Positions 25,800 through 38,501 of a DNA stretch of 64,000 bases are shown piece after piece. The translations under genes were made by a program, and so were the position numbers. This stretch comes from Antedon mediterranea. Its lineage: Eukaryota; Animalia; Echinodermata. The notes under the pieces are model-generated. The model saw only the letters and a program-made list of their open reading frames with translations, ran no database searches and was not told the DNA's origin. Numbering within the stretch: position 1 is the stretch's first letter; the number at the start of each line of letters is the position of its first letter. The stretch is from positions 16,572,871 to 16,636,870 of the forward strand of contig NC_092676.1 in the NCBI RefSeq assembly GCF_964355755.1, read 5' to 3'.

Positions 25800-25950
25800 G
25801 CTAGCTTTCTATACACTATCAAACTTTATGTGACAAACAAATGTGATGTGCCCATATATGAACATGATGACGTCATACAGTATCACTACCATATTTGAGC
25901 ACATCACACTTTTTTTTGTCAAACTAGTTTGGTAGAGTAGACAGAGCTTA
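25800..25950. mobile_element. Short Harbinger-like MITE family, copy 1 (others at ~30649-30790 and ~53723-53862)
   Basis: Shared ACTATCAAACTTTAT...GTGATGTGCCCATATATG...GCACATCACACTTTTTTGTCAAACTAGTTT..TAG.GTAGACAGA; ends approximate AGCTCTGTCTACACTA / TAGTGTAGACAGAGCT. Confidence 0.7.
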
Positions 25951-26136
25951 ACTTGTCAAGTGCCGTCAATATCTTTCCCACAATTGCTCATCAGATTCTT
26001 GAAAATGATAAAATAGATTAATGTGATCTCTTTATTTTTACTACTGTATATTTTGATGAAGAAATATAAGAAAATAGACACAAACTATCAAATGATTAAC
26101 ATTGTAACTTTACTGCCTTATTTGTTTATTTCTCAG

Positions 26137-26370
26137 GACAAAGCTTTTGTACCAAAGCATACAGATACAACTAAGAATAAGAAGCTAGTTGGTAGTTACA
26201 AGCAACGGTTGTGTCTCGTTCTTGACTGTTTAGTGGCTCACGATTTTAGCACAACTACACCGCAATACATCAACCTTCAACACTATGTCATAAGAGAAAA
26301 GAAACTCTGTGAGAGAGAAACAATTGTCATATTTTATGATATTGTGCGTATCGTTGAAAGTCTTCATAAG
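26137..26370 (+). CDS. STK40: STK40 coding exon 3
   Basis: RLCLVLDCLVAHDFS...INLQHYVIREKKLCERETIVIFYDIVRIVESLHK. Confidence 0.93.
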
Positions 26371-26529
26371 GTATGTTAGTTTGTATTGTTACAAATAATG
26401 AATATTTATATTGTTTGATGGTACAAATAATTTCCAGAGGTGAAAGATGAAATGTTATATTTTCTATAGCCTACTGACTGCATATTTGATTTCTTTTTTT
26501 GCTGTTTTTTTTAGTCTGCATAATCATGT

Positions 26530-29500
26530 AACTGATCAACCTTTCCTTCTTCCCTCACCATCTCTGAATAAAACTGTATAACTGATCAACCTTCCCTTCT
26601 TCCCTCACCATCTCTGAATAAAACTGTTTAACTGATCAACCTTCCCTTCTTCCCTCACCATCTCTGAATAAAACTGTTTAACTGATCAACCTTCCCTTCT
26701 TCCCTCACCATCTCTGAATAAAACTGTTTAACTGATCAACCTTCCCTTCTTCCCTCACCATCTCTGAATAAAACTGTATAACTGATCAACCTTCCCTTCT
26801 TCCCTCACCATCTCTGAATAAAACTGTTTAACTGATCAACCTTTCCTTCTTCCCTCACCATCTCTGAATAAAACTGTTTAACTGATAAACCTTCCCTTCT
26901 TTCCTCACCAGTGTTCTCCCCAGGCCTTTGAAGCGTCACGGTACCGTGACGCTTGGGTTCTCTACCGTGACGCTTTACGGTCGGCCGTGACGCTTAAAAC
27001 CTTATCCGTGACGCTTAAAAATATCAACCACAACAATCTAAAAATAGATTAACAGGCAGGTACGGTACTTTTTCTAGAGCTGAGGCGCGGCATGCATAAA
27101 GAGCCTAATGCATACGAGACACGTGACATGACCACTAGACGAAAAACAAAAGACTGCGTAACAAAGTGTTAAACAGCTAAACTGAGACTCCCTTTCACCG
27201 GCCGCCGCCGAGAGATGTAAACACGTGTTTTGTTACTGCCATGTCTCTCTTTCGATCTCTAGTATTTGGCTGTTGTCTAAAGTGTAGTAACTTGTATATT
27301 GTAAATAAAGTAAATGATTGATTGTATTGTTTTTCTTGTAAAAATGTTATGTGTATTAAAAATAAATATCGATGATATTATTATTTTCAATATCACACTG
27401 AATTAATCGACTCTATCGGTGGGATTTATCTTTCGTTGGTAACATACGCACGTCATCAAATGATTTCTAGGCGCAATTCAATGCTAGCTGCTTTGATCGT
27501 ATAATACATTCAAGAAGGCTACGATCGTTTTCCTATTTGCTAGTGCGCTAAAGTCTTTATTTCACTTAACTTAAAGTACATTTGTACATCGGTGCTAGAA
27601 TGTTTTAGGACCTACTTCGTGAGAAAGTCGAGTGACAAGGGATGTCACATGGTATTGTGATATCAGTACTGCGATACTGTATGTCACATGGTGCTTTCAC
27701 CGGCCGCCGCCGAGAGATGTAAGCACGTGTTTTGTTACTGCCATGTCTCTCTTTCGAATGTTTTCCTATTTCCTAGTGCGCTATGAAGTCTTATTTCCGG
27801 GCAACTAGAGGTGTCTTACTAATGAGTAGGCCTAGTTTTATTTCATCGGGACTTGCCCCCGATGTTTGTATTTGAACGCAAAAAATGTTTTTTTTATCGC
27901 ATATGTTTACCCGCCGGCGGAAAAAAAAAGTAGGCTACGATCGTTTTAATGTTTGCTAACGCGCTATGAGGTGTCGTTTCCGGCTAACTACAGTTGCCTA
28001 CTGATGAGGCATATTTTTTTCTTCATATATCGCGTACAGTATGTTTACCTGCGGAAAAGTAGGCTCAATCGGGCTGTTTGCTAGCGCGCTTTGAAGTGTC
28101 CTTTCCGGCCAACTACAGAGTTGTCCTACTGATGAGTAGGCATTTTTTATTTCATCGGGGAATTCCCCTTGACGTTCGTAATGAACGCAAAAAATGTTTC
28201 TTATCGCGTATGTTTACCGGCTGAAAAAGCAGGCTACGATCGTGCGGTTTGCTAGCGCGCTATGAAGTGTCTTTCCGACCAACTACAGAGTTGTTCTACT
28301 CATGAGTAGGCCTAGTTTTATTTCATCGGGGAATTCCCCTTGACGTTCGTATTGAACGCAAAAACATTTTTTTATCGCGTATGTTTACTGGCGGAAAAAG
28401 TATGCTACGATGGTTTTACTGTTTGCTAGTGCGCTATAAAGTTTCGTTTCCGGCCAACTAGAGTTGTCCTACTGATGAGTAGGCTAATAGATTAGGCCTA
28501 TTTTTTTCATTGGGGCTTCCCCCTGACGTTCGTAATGAACGCAAAAAATGTTTCTTCGCGTATGTTTACCGGCGGAAAAAGTTGGCTACGATCGTTTTGT
28601 TGTTTGCTAGCGCGCTATAAGTGTTATTTCCGGCCAAACCAGAGGTGTCATTCAACATAAATGTTATGTGCGAGAGTACCATTTCCGGCCATCTAGGGTG
28701 TAAATTACCAAAAATCGCTTCGCCACAGCCCCAACCATGGTGGGGCTGTGACTCAAGTACTTAGTGTCGGAATGCCCCCCCCCCCCTCGTGGGGGGGGGG
28801 GGGGAGCGTGACGCTTGATGTGAATCCTGGGGAGAACACTGCTCACCATCTCTGAATAAAACTGTTTAACTGATCAACCTTCCCTTCTTCCCTCACCATC
28901 TCTGAATAAAACTGTATAACTGATCAACCTTCCCTTCTTCCCTCACCATCTCTGAATAAAACTGTTTAACTGATCAACCTTCCCTTCTTCCCTCACCATC
29001 TCTGAATAAAACTGTTTAACTGATCAACCTTCCCTTCTTCCCTCACCATCTCTGAATAAAACTGTTTAACTAATCAACCTTCCCTTCTTCCCTCACCATC
29101 TCTGAATAAAACTGTATAACTGATCAACATTCCCTTCTTCCCTCACCATCTCTGAATAAAACTGTATAACTGATCAACCTTCCCTTCTTCCCTCACCATC
29201 TCTGAATAAAACTGTATAACTGATCAACCTTTCCTTCTTCCCTCACCATCTCTGAATAAAACTGTATAACTGATCAACATTCCCTTCTTCCCTCACCATC
29301 TCTGAATAAAACTGTATAACTGATCAACATTCCCTTCTTCCCTCACCATCTCTGAATAAAACTGTATAACTGATCAACCTTCCCTTCTTCCCTCACCATC
29401 TCTGAATAAAACTGTATAACTGATCAACCTTTCCTTCTTCCCTCACCATCTCTGAATAAAACTGTATAACTGATCAACCTTCCCTTCTTCCCTCACCATC

Positions 29501-30399
29501 TCTGAATAAAACTGTTTAACTGATCAACCTTCCCTTCTTCCCTCACCATCTCTGAATAAAACTGTTTAACTGATCAACCTTCCCTTCTTCCCTCACCATC
29601 TCTGAATAAAACTGTTTAACTAATCAACCTTCCCTTCTTCCCTCACCATCTCTGAATAAAACTGTATAACTGATCAACATTCCCTTCTTCCCTCACCATC
29701 TCTGAATAAAACTGTATAACTGATCAACCTTCCCTTCTTCCCTCACCATCTCTGAATAAAACTGTATAACTGATCAACCTTTCCTTCTTCCCTCACCATC
29801 TCTGAATAAAACTGTATAACTGATCAACATTCCCTTCTTCCCTCACCATCTCTGAATAAAACTGTATAACTGATCAACATTCCCTTCTTCCCTCACCATC
29901 TCTGAATAAAACTGTATAACTGATCAACCTTCCCTTCTTCCCTCACCATCTCTGAATAAAACTGTATAACTGATCAACCTTTCCTTCTTCCCTCACCATC
30001 TCTGAATAAAACTGTATAACTGATCAACCTTCCCTTCTTCCCTCACCATCTCTGAATAAAACTGTATAACTGATCAACCTTCCCTTCTTCCCTCACCATC
30101 TCTGAATAAAACTGTATAACTGATCAACCTTCCCTTCTTCCCTCACCATCTCTGAATAAAACTGTATAACTGATCAACCTTCCCTTCTTCCCTCACCATC
30201 TCTGAATAAAACTGTATAACTGATCAACCTTCCCTTCTTCCCTCACCATCTCTGAATAAAACTGTTTAACTGATCAACATTTCCTTCTTCCCTCACCATC
30301 TCTGAATAAAACTGTTTAACTGATCAACCTTCCCTTCTTCCCTCACCATCTCTGAATAAAACTGTATAACTGATCAACCTTTCCTTCTTCCCTCACCAC
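26530..30399. repeat. 50-bp tandem repeat array (~39 units) interrupted by a DNA transposon
   Basis: Unit AACTGATCAACCTTCCCTTCTTCCCTCACCATCTCTGAATAAAACTGTAT; ~7.5 units at 26530-26908 and ~31 at 28842-30399. Confidence 0.97.
26909..28841. mobile_element. Non-autonomous hAT-like element with 5-bp TSD (hAT5-like)
   Basis: Perfect TIR CAGTGTTCTCCCCAGG / CCTGGGGAGAACACTG; CTCAC duplicated relative to the satellite unit; CGTGACGCT subterminal repeats; internal ~175-bp tandem units at ~27760-28640. Confidence 0.85.
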
Positions 30400-32359
30400 T
30401 TGCATTTTTCATGATTACTCAAAAGACCATAGATTGTATAATCCCAATTGGAAATTTTAGTACCTGAAAAGTGAAAAGTAACAATTATTAAAAAAAAAAA
30501 ACCCTTTGTAGAATTATCGGACATTAACAATAATAACAAACCTAATAAGGTACTTTATTTTAACTTGTGTAGTTGTTTTCATGAAATTATTTTTTTCTTT
30601 TGTGATAATTGGGGTTTTTAATATAACTGTTTGAAACATGCATTCTGAAGCTCTGTTTTATTAAGTACTATCAAACTTTATTTGACAAAATATGTGATGT
30701 GCCCATATATGTATTAATGAGTGATCACTACCATATTTTGGCACATCACACTTTTTTGTCAAACTAGTTTCATAGTGTAGACAGAACTTATAACAGTTTT
30801 TTCGTAAATGTACAGTTATTTACCTATTTGATTCAATATGTAAACATTGTTTCATTGTCGATATTTTGAATTTAACTATGAAACGACAAAAAGAAACTCT
30901 TTGTCTACAAGCAGGAACTTATTTTTTTTATCGCGTACACTACAAACTGAGAAAGTTATTACATAACCGCAATGACTAATCACCATGTGGCAGGATTTCA
31001 CTTTGCTTTCTGTTTCAATGTGTAATCATCGTAGCGCACCTTGCGACACGTGCATTAATGGCTTTGTCTATCCATGTCAATTTTATGTATTTAGAATATA
31101 GAATTCACGTATCTCTGAAATTCGTTTAGTTTCCAGGAAACCTAGTAAACACTGTAAATTACATCAAACTAGCTACCTCGTCATATTTCCTTATTTGCAA
31201 TTTACCAAGTTATCTTCAGATAATATTAGATAGCAGAAACAAAATTAGTAACAAGCGTTCATTAATATTTATTTTAAAATGCATTAGAAAGTGACCATGT
31301 CATTCATTTTTATGAGAACATTGACTAACAATTACAAAAATAGCCTTATGAAGTTGAACTCTACTGTTGGTGTTTCAAATGAAAGATGTTGTTTTAGTTT
31401 CTTTATAAAAATAAATTATATATCAACAATACAAATATTACAATGTTGATATTACTATTTTTATTTAAGTTCTATTACAATTGATTATTTGTACAATTAG
31501 AACACTATTTATTTATAACAGCAGCCCAGTGAATATTTGGTCCTAAACTACAGTAGTCTGTTTGGAAACCAACTGTACAGTATCGAGCAAATGTATAGAT
31601 TATTCATTAATTCAATGTTGTGCCAAGTTCCTACTGTAATGTAGAAGTGATATTGACAGTATGATACAGTAGGAATAGTTTCAAGCTTTTAAGTTCAGAG
31701 GGTCCTAATTGTAATAGCATGCGAACAAGATATTTTACCCTGTAAGCGAGAGGTCGCAGGTTCGAATCCCGCCAAAGACATTTTTTCATACAACTAAAAA
31801 ATACGGAACTTTCGCAGATGAGCTACTGTATGCTTGACGCGATTTTGAGATCATGTTCCGAATATGAGCCCTGTTTCTATAATTTGACAGTATGATTTAT
31901 ATTTTTCCATTAGATGCAATGTTATACTAAATGTTATTATTAAGCAAACTACAGGTACAAATATAAAAGAAAAAAAAATATTTCAATAAAATATTTGTTG
32001 TTTAATCTAAGCAATATGAGGGTAGATGAATCATATCTTGTTGTATGCGATAAGTCTGTAGTTTTCCTTGCTTTTAAATTGAATTTGTTTATGGTCCATT
32101 AAAACCTATATTGAACTTGATATGATATTTGTTTTTTGTTAAACATCAATCAAAAAGCTTTTCCTAATTCCATGTAGATTTGTATGTTACATAAATAAAA
32201 TTGAAACTGTTTGATTTGGGAATTGACTGTTTCCTTTATAGGTAACATAGTCATGTATTACTTTAGAGTATTATAGATTATTATGTGTACAGTACAGTAC
32301 AGTATGTAATTCCTTACTTTAATTCTGTGTTGAGTTTTATATATTTTTTTTAATTGCAG

Positions 32360-32528
32360 AAGAACATTGTGCATCGTGACCTAAAACTAGGAAATATGGT
32401 TCTAAACAAGAAGACTCACCGAATCACTTTAACAAATTTTTGTCTAGGTAAACATCTTGTGTCCGAGAAAGATCTTTTAAAAGATCAAAGGGGAAGCCCT
32501 GCTTATATCAGTCCTGATGTTCTTAGTG
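32360..32528 (+). CDS. STK40: STK40 coding exon 4
   Basis: NIVHRDLKLGN...TNFCLG (DFG replaced by NFC, as in STK40)...DQRGSPAYISPDVLSG. Confidence 0.95.
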
Positions 32529-32729
32529 GTAAGTCATGAGGCAACAGTATTTTATGCAATATTTAATATATACGGTATTTTTTAGTTTATATTTTAAAAG
32601 TGGAGTCTTAGCTTGGTGTTAAACATGCTTGCCTTCCAATCGCAAAGTCCAGTGTTCAATCCTGATCTAGTTCCAGGGTTGAACTCGCAGCTCTTTAAAC
32701 TCCACTCCTTAAGCCACAAAGGAGACTTA

Positions 32730-34286
32730 CGCCCGTATTCTTAAACCGGACTTTAGTGGTAGTTCAAGCTAAAACTAAAAAAATGACGTCATTTTAATTC
32801 AAAAACCGAACTTCAACTAAATCACCGACTAAATCAGGCCAACCTCGACTAAATCGAGACGGATTTTGATCGATTTTTTTAGTCCTGGAGGGGGCAGACT
32901 AAATGGTCGACTAAATGTTTTTTAAACGATGTTTATAAAAAACGTAACAGTCATTGAGTTGTTATATTGGCCAGATATTGAAGAATGAAATATCTATATT
33001 TATATTAGCTTAAAGCCCCATTCCCTACGTTTTTTAGATCTAATTTAAGATCACAAACTATATTTAATGTAAAAATAATACTATATGGTCCTATTGCGAT
33101 AACTTTTTTCGTCTTTAAACGGTTAAAAATGTGAAAAATAAATCGATTTTAATAATTATAGCGGCCCGCTATAAATCCCAAAATGCATTGCGCGCGGATT
33201 GATATTGTTGTTTTTCACCTGTAATTCGCCCACTTTTCGATCGATCGTGAAGCCAAAACAAATGGAAGACTCCTAACTTTTCAGCGAAAATACCGGGTTT
33301 TCCCCAATTTGTATCAACGGAGTCTGGCAAAAATAGAAAGACAATTAATGCAGCAACTATACAACGTCAGGCTAGGTATATAGCTAGCGTACGATGTTCG
33401 TACGTTACCGATGTTTACCAGCTAGGCCTACAAAACTAAGCCTAGCTAGGCTAGGCCTGAGACCGTCCACGAGAGGTCGATCGCCGCGAGCTACTTAGGT
33501 AGTGCATTGTTTCTCACTTTTTATCATAATTTACCATAAAACGTACATTTAAGACAAGGAATGACATGGTTTAATGTTTTTAAAGTGATATATATGTATT
33601 ATTTTCCAAAAAACGTCCAAAATTGCAGGGAAGGGGTCTTTAATTAAATATACATTGGTATAAATTATAATAATGAAAATCATCTTTATTTACAACTGTA
33701 TACAAATTACATTATTTTCTTCGCGCAAGTCCGACTTGAGCTACGTCACGCCATAGCGACAATGGGAGATGCGGCAATTCACCACGCGATGGAATGTTTA
33801 GGGGGCCTAGCGCTTTCTTGTCACGCTATGAAGTGCGTGGTTCGTGGCGATCATACTTTGTTGGAGGCCTAGAAAATATAAAAGTTACCGTACCGCCATG
33901 GTTCCTAAATATATTTTGAAGATTTTATTTGTTGTTAATCAAATATACTTCACTGTTAAATTAATACTGATATTGTTCTAATAATTAACGATTAAAATTA
34001 TTTTTCATGTATATAGTCCTGATGCGTAAAAAGTGTTGTAAGAAATGGAAAGTGATATCAATGCGCAAAATTTCGTCTGCTCCTCAAATACTCTCTTGTC
34101 ATTGGCCAATGTATAGCCTTTGTTACCCAGACGTGTGCAACTCGACTAAAAGCTCGACTTCATTAAGTCGAACTGCAAACTTCGACTACTTCGTTTTTGA
34201 ATCGAATTTGAAGTAATAGCTCGAACTACGACTTTTCCAAGTCGAACTTCGAACTACGACTAAAGTCCGGTTTAAGAATACGGGCG
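32730..34286. mobile_element. PIF/Harbinger-type MITE with TTA TSD
   Basis: TIR CGCCCGTATTCTTAAACCGGACTTTAGT / ACTAAAGTCCGGTTTAAGAATACGGGCG; TTA on both sides. Confidence 0.88.
33014..33639. mobile_element. Kolobok-type MITE nested in the Harbinger MITE
   Basis: TTAA|AGCCCCATTCCCTAC ... GCAGGGAAGGGGTCT|TTAA. Confidence 0.8.
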
Positions 34287-34719
34287 TTAGTTTACAAGCA
34301 CGATAAACTATAAAATAGTTTATCCATCCTGTAATTGGCGAGTTACTGTTGGATGCATCCTGTATAAAATAAAAAAAAAAATATGTCTGAATTTTAGAAG
34401 TAGTGATGAAACATGACCAAGAGATAAACTTTCTCAGAAGAAAATATCTGATCCAAAAAATTCCACTTTGAGGTAACCATAAAGTCCCTCATTACTGCAA
34501 GAATATCCTTAATAAATGTGCCACTGCCATAACAATAACCTACAGTACTATACTGTACATTGGGTGTAAACAGAAACTTGTTGATATTTGATTGGGTGGC
34601 TTGATTTTGGTTTTGCAATCAACCTTCCTCGAAATCCTTGGCCATATGTTTGGCTTTCTGGAAAGTCTTAAATTATATTTGAAGTTGTACATGTATATAT
34701 TATTGCAAAATATGGAGTC

Positions 34720-36061
34720 GGGTTGGTGAACATCAGTCCAAAATACGCAGAATTTTTTCCAAAATACGTCAAGTTGAGGGCGCTATACTAATCCAAAATA
34801 CGCGAGTCTTTCCAAAATACGTCAACTTGAGGGCGCTATTCATTTTCCAAAATACGCAAATTGTCCAAAATACGTCAAATTGAGGGCGCTATTCATTTCC
34901 AAAATACGCGATTTGTCCAAAATACGTCAATTTGCAATTTGGGACCGCTAGTAATTTTCCAAAATACGTCAACTTGAGGGCGGCAAACTTTTTTCCAAAA
35001 TACGAGAGCCTTTCCAAATGTATCATATTGAAAGTGTAAGGTAGAATTACAGTTTAATGTATTAAAAAAAAGTTTCTTAGAGTAAAACAAACAAGTACAT
35101 TTTAGTTATAAATGAAAGTATTGGAAGGCAGAATTTTTTGTAAATAAAATGTCATAGAGTAGCCAATTATTATTTTTCAATGTAATCATTTATTACTGAA
35201 TAAAAACAAATATGTGCCAACATCAGTCAATAGACAGTGCCTATAATATACATTAATAATGTCTGAACAATGTACGATTGCATTGCCAGACGTAGCTAGT
35301 TTAAATGAGGCATAAACCGGCTACAAAAGCAGCATGTACGTATAGTATTTAAGCATAGTCATGGGCATGTGTTATATACAGTCAACTCTCCCAATACCGG
35401 ACACCTTTGGGCCGGCCAAATAAGTCTGGTTTTCCGGAAAGTCTGGTATTCGGAATGTGTTTTTAATGGTAAATATAAATTTGGGACCTTTTGGTCCTCA
35501 AAAAAAGTCTGGTATTGGGAGAGTTTCTGGTTTTCAGAGAGTCCGGTATTGGGAGAGTTGACTGTATTTGGTGATCTGAAAAATCGATATTTTTCCCGAG
35601 CTCGACAGACCAACATCGCTTTCAATTTAATGTACAGTACTTATGGTCAAATAAGTTACCTAATCTGAAATCTAACATAATAGTTATTTCATATAATATA
35701 TAATAATAATAAAAAGCATATGGTATTGTAATTAAAATAATATCAATAATTGGTTAGAAGAAGTAAAGTAATTATTTAAATCGCGTATTTTGGAAAATGA
35801 ATAGCGCTCTCAAGTTGACGTATTTTGGAAAATTACAAGCGGTTCCAAATTGACGTATTTTGGACAAATCGCGTATTTTGGAAAATGACTAGCGCCCTCA
35901 ACTTTACGTATTTTGGACAATTCGCGTATTTTGGAAAATGAATAGCGCCCTCAAGTCGATGTATTTTGGAAAGACTCGCGTATTTTGGATTAGTATAGCG
36001 CCCTCAACTTTACATATTTTGGAAAAAATTCTGCGTATTTTGGACTGAATTTCACCAACCC
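34720..36061. mobile_element. Foldback-type element with ~280-bp modular inverted repeats
   Basis: GGGTTGGTGAA / TTCACCAACCC ends; arms built of CCAAAATACG and TTGAGGGCGCTA repeats (34720-35005 versus 35780-36061). Confidence 0.85.
35379..35564. mobile_element. Tc1/mariner (pogo/Tigger-type) MITE nested in the foldback
   Basis: TA|CAGTCAACTCTCCCAATACCGGAC ... GTCCGGTATTGGGAGAGTTGACTG|TA. Confidence 0.9.
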
Positions 36062-36264
36062 TATTGAAAATATGTGAAGGGTAAAGAAGAAATTGTTCCT
36101 TTTTTAGCCTTTAACCAAAGTCTGCTTTTCAAAGAGTTTGTTATTGGGAGAGTTCACTGACTTAATTACAAAAGGGAGATATTCTAAACACTCTGGTAGT
36201 TTGATAAATACAGACAGTAACGTATACTGATACACTACAGCATTGTTTTAATTTAGCCTTGTAA

Positions 36265-37015
36265 GGCCCTGTTTCTGCTGCCAAGAAAATACCGTATTTT
36301 ATACGGTATTTCTTGAATACCGTATATATACCGTATTTTTTTGGCAGCAGAAACTGCGCTCATAAAAAAAATACTGTATTTTGTATACCGTATTTTCCCC
36401 ACAAAATTTATTTACTTACTTATTTATTTACAAATTTATACCATATTTTTTGTACCCTTTTCTGCTGCCAATAAAAAATACCGTATTTTTTTTTACCTGT
36501 GACATGAGGTCAACATGTTTTTATTTTCTGTGGCTGTCAGCGGTTTTACACACGTGTATAGATATATTCGGCGAAAATGTGGAGCGAAGACGTCACAGTA
36601 TTTACTATATAAATCTGTGTGGGGAAGAAGGGGGTGGGGAAGCTAAGATGTCCGGCCAACTAAAAGGTAATAAAAGGGACAACCACATTTATAAAGACAT
36701 TTCTAAAAAAATAAAGCAGCAGGAGTACGGAATACACTTGTCTCCAAGCAAGTAAATTCAAAGCTGAAGAGCCTGCGAAGCAGTACAACATTGCAAAAGA
36801 CAATAACTCGGGGAGGGAACGAATTACTTGTCCCCATTACGATGTTTTCTGTGCTCTCACAACATCTCTATCACTGGGGCTAGGCTGTTGAAAGTGAGAC
36901 ATAAAACTTCCTTTATTGCGACTTTTAATTATCGACCAAATAAATGAATGGCAATCGTATAGAAAATACCGTATATTTATACTGTATTTTGAGCAGTTGC
37001 AGCAGAAACAGGCCC
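36265..37015. mobile_element. Harbinger-like MITE
   Basis: TIR GGCCCTGTTTCTGCTGC / GCAGCAGAAACAGGCCC; TAA and TAT flanks; ATACCGTAT subterminal repeats. Confidence 0.75.
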
Positions 37016-37365
37016 TATTATGCTCTGAACCCCTGGTTTACCAGGTTTTACCTTCCATTCCAGAGTTTCCATGAATTAATTAAACATGTCCACAGAGTTG
37101 ACTATACTAAACTAATAATATGTGTAGATAGAATAATGAATAATAATAATGAAATGAATAATTTTAATTGAAAAGTTTATTTTTCATGGAAAAACTCACA
37201 ATTGATGTGAAACTGTTGTCATTCATACACCCTTATTGTTTTAATAGCATCAATGCCAACTAATTAATCACAATCAATTACTCATTTATGGGTTTTGTTT
37301 TGATGGTATTAACAGCTAGTCTGTCAGTTTCTATAGTATTATGTCTCCATGCAATAAATCAGTAA

Positions 37366-38501
37366 TAGCCTGGGTGCAGAACAATAATATACACATTTGC
37401 GGGAAAAAAGTATAGGAAAATTTTTGTTGATTTTTCTGATAGAGTATACCATATAGAATGTCAGAAAAAAAATCCCCATCCCAGGGTCTTGGGGAAAATT
37501 TTTTATGGCACTTTTAAAATTTATATCTATATAACACACACAAATTCCTATTAACACACACAAATACCTATATATAGGGGATAGGGAAAATCAATTAGCG
37601 GTTTTTGTTACTCGCAGTTGTGTTTTAATGATTAAAATTAGTAGAGGCTTACTTTAATAACTACACTTCTCATAGTAGTTGAATAGTAGTTGATGAATAG
37701 TAGTTGAATAGTAGTTGATGAATCAACTCGATGACATCATCATGCCATTTTTTTTTGGCGGGAAAAACAGGGTATTGCTAAACCCCCGCAAACCTCCAAA
37801 AAAACATATCAAACCCCACCGAACCAACATAAAAGTGATTGAATCATGGAGTGTATGACCCACTGGGTATGTCCATTTAAAAAAAATATTAAATTTCTAC
37901 TGTTAACTATTTATTTTGGGGATAAAACATCATTTTTTGGTTAAAAATTATCAATCAATCATTTTTTACCAAAAAATGATGTTTTACCCCAAATATAAGT
38001 AGTTAACAGTATAAATTAATTTTTTTTAACATGGATACACCCAGTGGGTTGTATACTACATGATTCAATCACTTTTATGTTGGTTTGGTGGGGTTTGCTA
38101 TGTTTTTTAGGAGGTTTGCGGGGGTTTAGCAATACCCTGTTTTTTCCACCAAATTGGACGCCATATTGGATTCTGGCATGATGATGTAATTGTTATCGAC
38201 TCGATTTATCAACTACTATGAGAAGTAGTTATTAAAGTAAGCTTCAGCTAATTTTAATCATCATAACACAACTCCAAGTAAAAAAAAACGTGAATTGGTT
38301 TTCCCTATCCCCTATATAGGTATTTGTGTGTGTTAATAGGCATTTGTGTGTGTTATATAGGGCAAAATTTAAAAGTGCCGTAAAAAATTTGGGGATTTTT
38401 TTTTTCTGACATTCTACTGTATATGGTATACTCTATCAGAAAAAAAAAGAAAAATTTTTCCTATACTTTTTTCCCGCAAAATTTGTACTGCACCCAGGCT
38501 A
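37366..38501. mobile_element. Almost fully palindromic 1.1-kb foldback element
   Basis: TAGCCTGGGTGCAG / CTGCACCCAGGCTA ends; arms remain inversely alignable to a centre at ~37946-37958. Confidence 0.88.

Larger units (their letters stand above)
32600..34382 (+). mobile_element. Degenerate tRNA-derived SINE split by nested MITEs (parts ~32600-32729 and 34287-34382)
   Basis: tRNA-like head (TAGCTTGGTGTTAAAC...GCCTTCCAA...GTTCAATCC); sequence resumes after the insertion and ends in an A-rich tail. Confidence 0.5.

Noticed and set aside
27760-28640. Tandem hammerhead ribozymes (CTGATGAG in each ~175-bp unit)
   Set aside because: CTGATGA sits in a small CCTACT/AGTAGG hairpin and no GAAA follows a stem II; an Infernal search would settle it
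26530-30399. Possible CRISPR array or coding repeat
   Set aside because: Head-to-tail 50-bp units without spacers, inside an intron
31735-31785. tRNA gene (GGTTCGAATCCC B-box; similar at ~52800-52842)
   Set aside because: No acceptor stem or D-arm can be folded; probably SINE remnants
34701-36080. Long TSD around the foldback (TATTGCAAAATATG / TATTGAAAATATG)
   Set aside because: Imperfect, AT-rich and offset from the left terminus; cannot be distinguished from chance
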